Below are positions 38,120 to 38,180 of a DNA stretch of 38,180 bases, in pieces; the stretch's first letter is position 1, and every line of letters starts with the position of its first letter. The notes under the pieces are model-generated. The model had not been told where the DNA came from. It did not search any database and saw only the letters and a program-made list of their open reading frames with translations. The translations under genes and the position numbers were made by a program. Source of the DNA: Octopus bimaculoides (Eukaryota); NCBI RefSeq assembly GCF_001194135.2, contig NC_068997.1:23196351-23234530 (forward strand). The letters are read 5' to 3'.

Positions 38120-38180
38120 ATGTGTGTGTATGTGTGTATGTGAGTGCGTATTAAAAAATAGATATATACTTCTGTATACG

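Overview
AT-rich, microsatellite-saturated eukaryotic DNA with 11 assembly gaps (4,937 N, about 13%). The short interspersed repeat (SINE) content looks like an octopus or other cephalopod genome; that is recalled from memory and not verified by a search. No host protein-coding exon, rRNA, true tRNA or CRISPR array can be supported, and almost all listed ORFs are microsatellite or gap artefacts. Supported content: (i) four tRNA-headed SINE families, labelled A-D here, in many copies; (ii) a fifth dispersed repeat, E; (iii) a 292-bp internally deleted mariner with terminal inverted repeats (TIRs), TA duplications and a transposase N-terminal remnant (10514-10805); (iv) a decayed Tx1/L1-clade LINE that retains only its endonuclease domain (about 30538-31746). 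The most interesting signal is a set of minimal type I hammerhead-ribozyme-like motifs, all on the minus strand, mostly inside short microsatellite-embedded repeats. The two best are at 28659-28695 and 21966-22000, with degenerate relatives at 28231-28257 and 17492-17542. Three share one architecture: 7-nt core, extra A, 4-bp stem II with triloop, GAAA and a palindromic stem III. This is the pattern known from Penelope-like element and retrozyme hammerheads. Cleavage activity is inferred, not shown.
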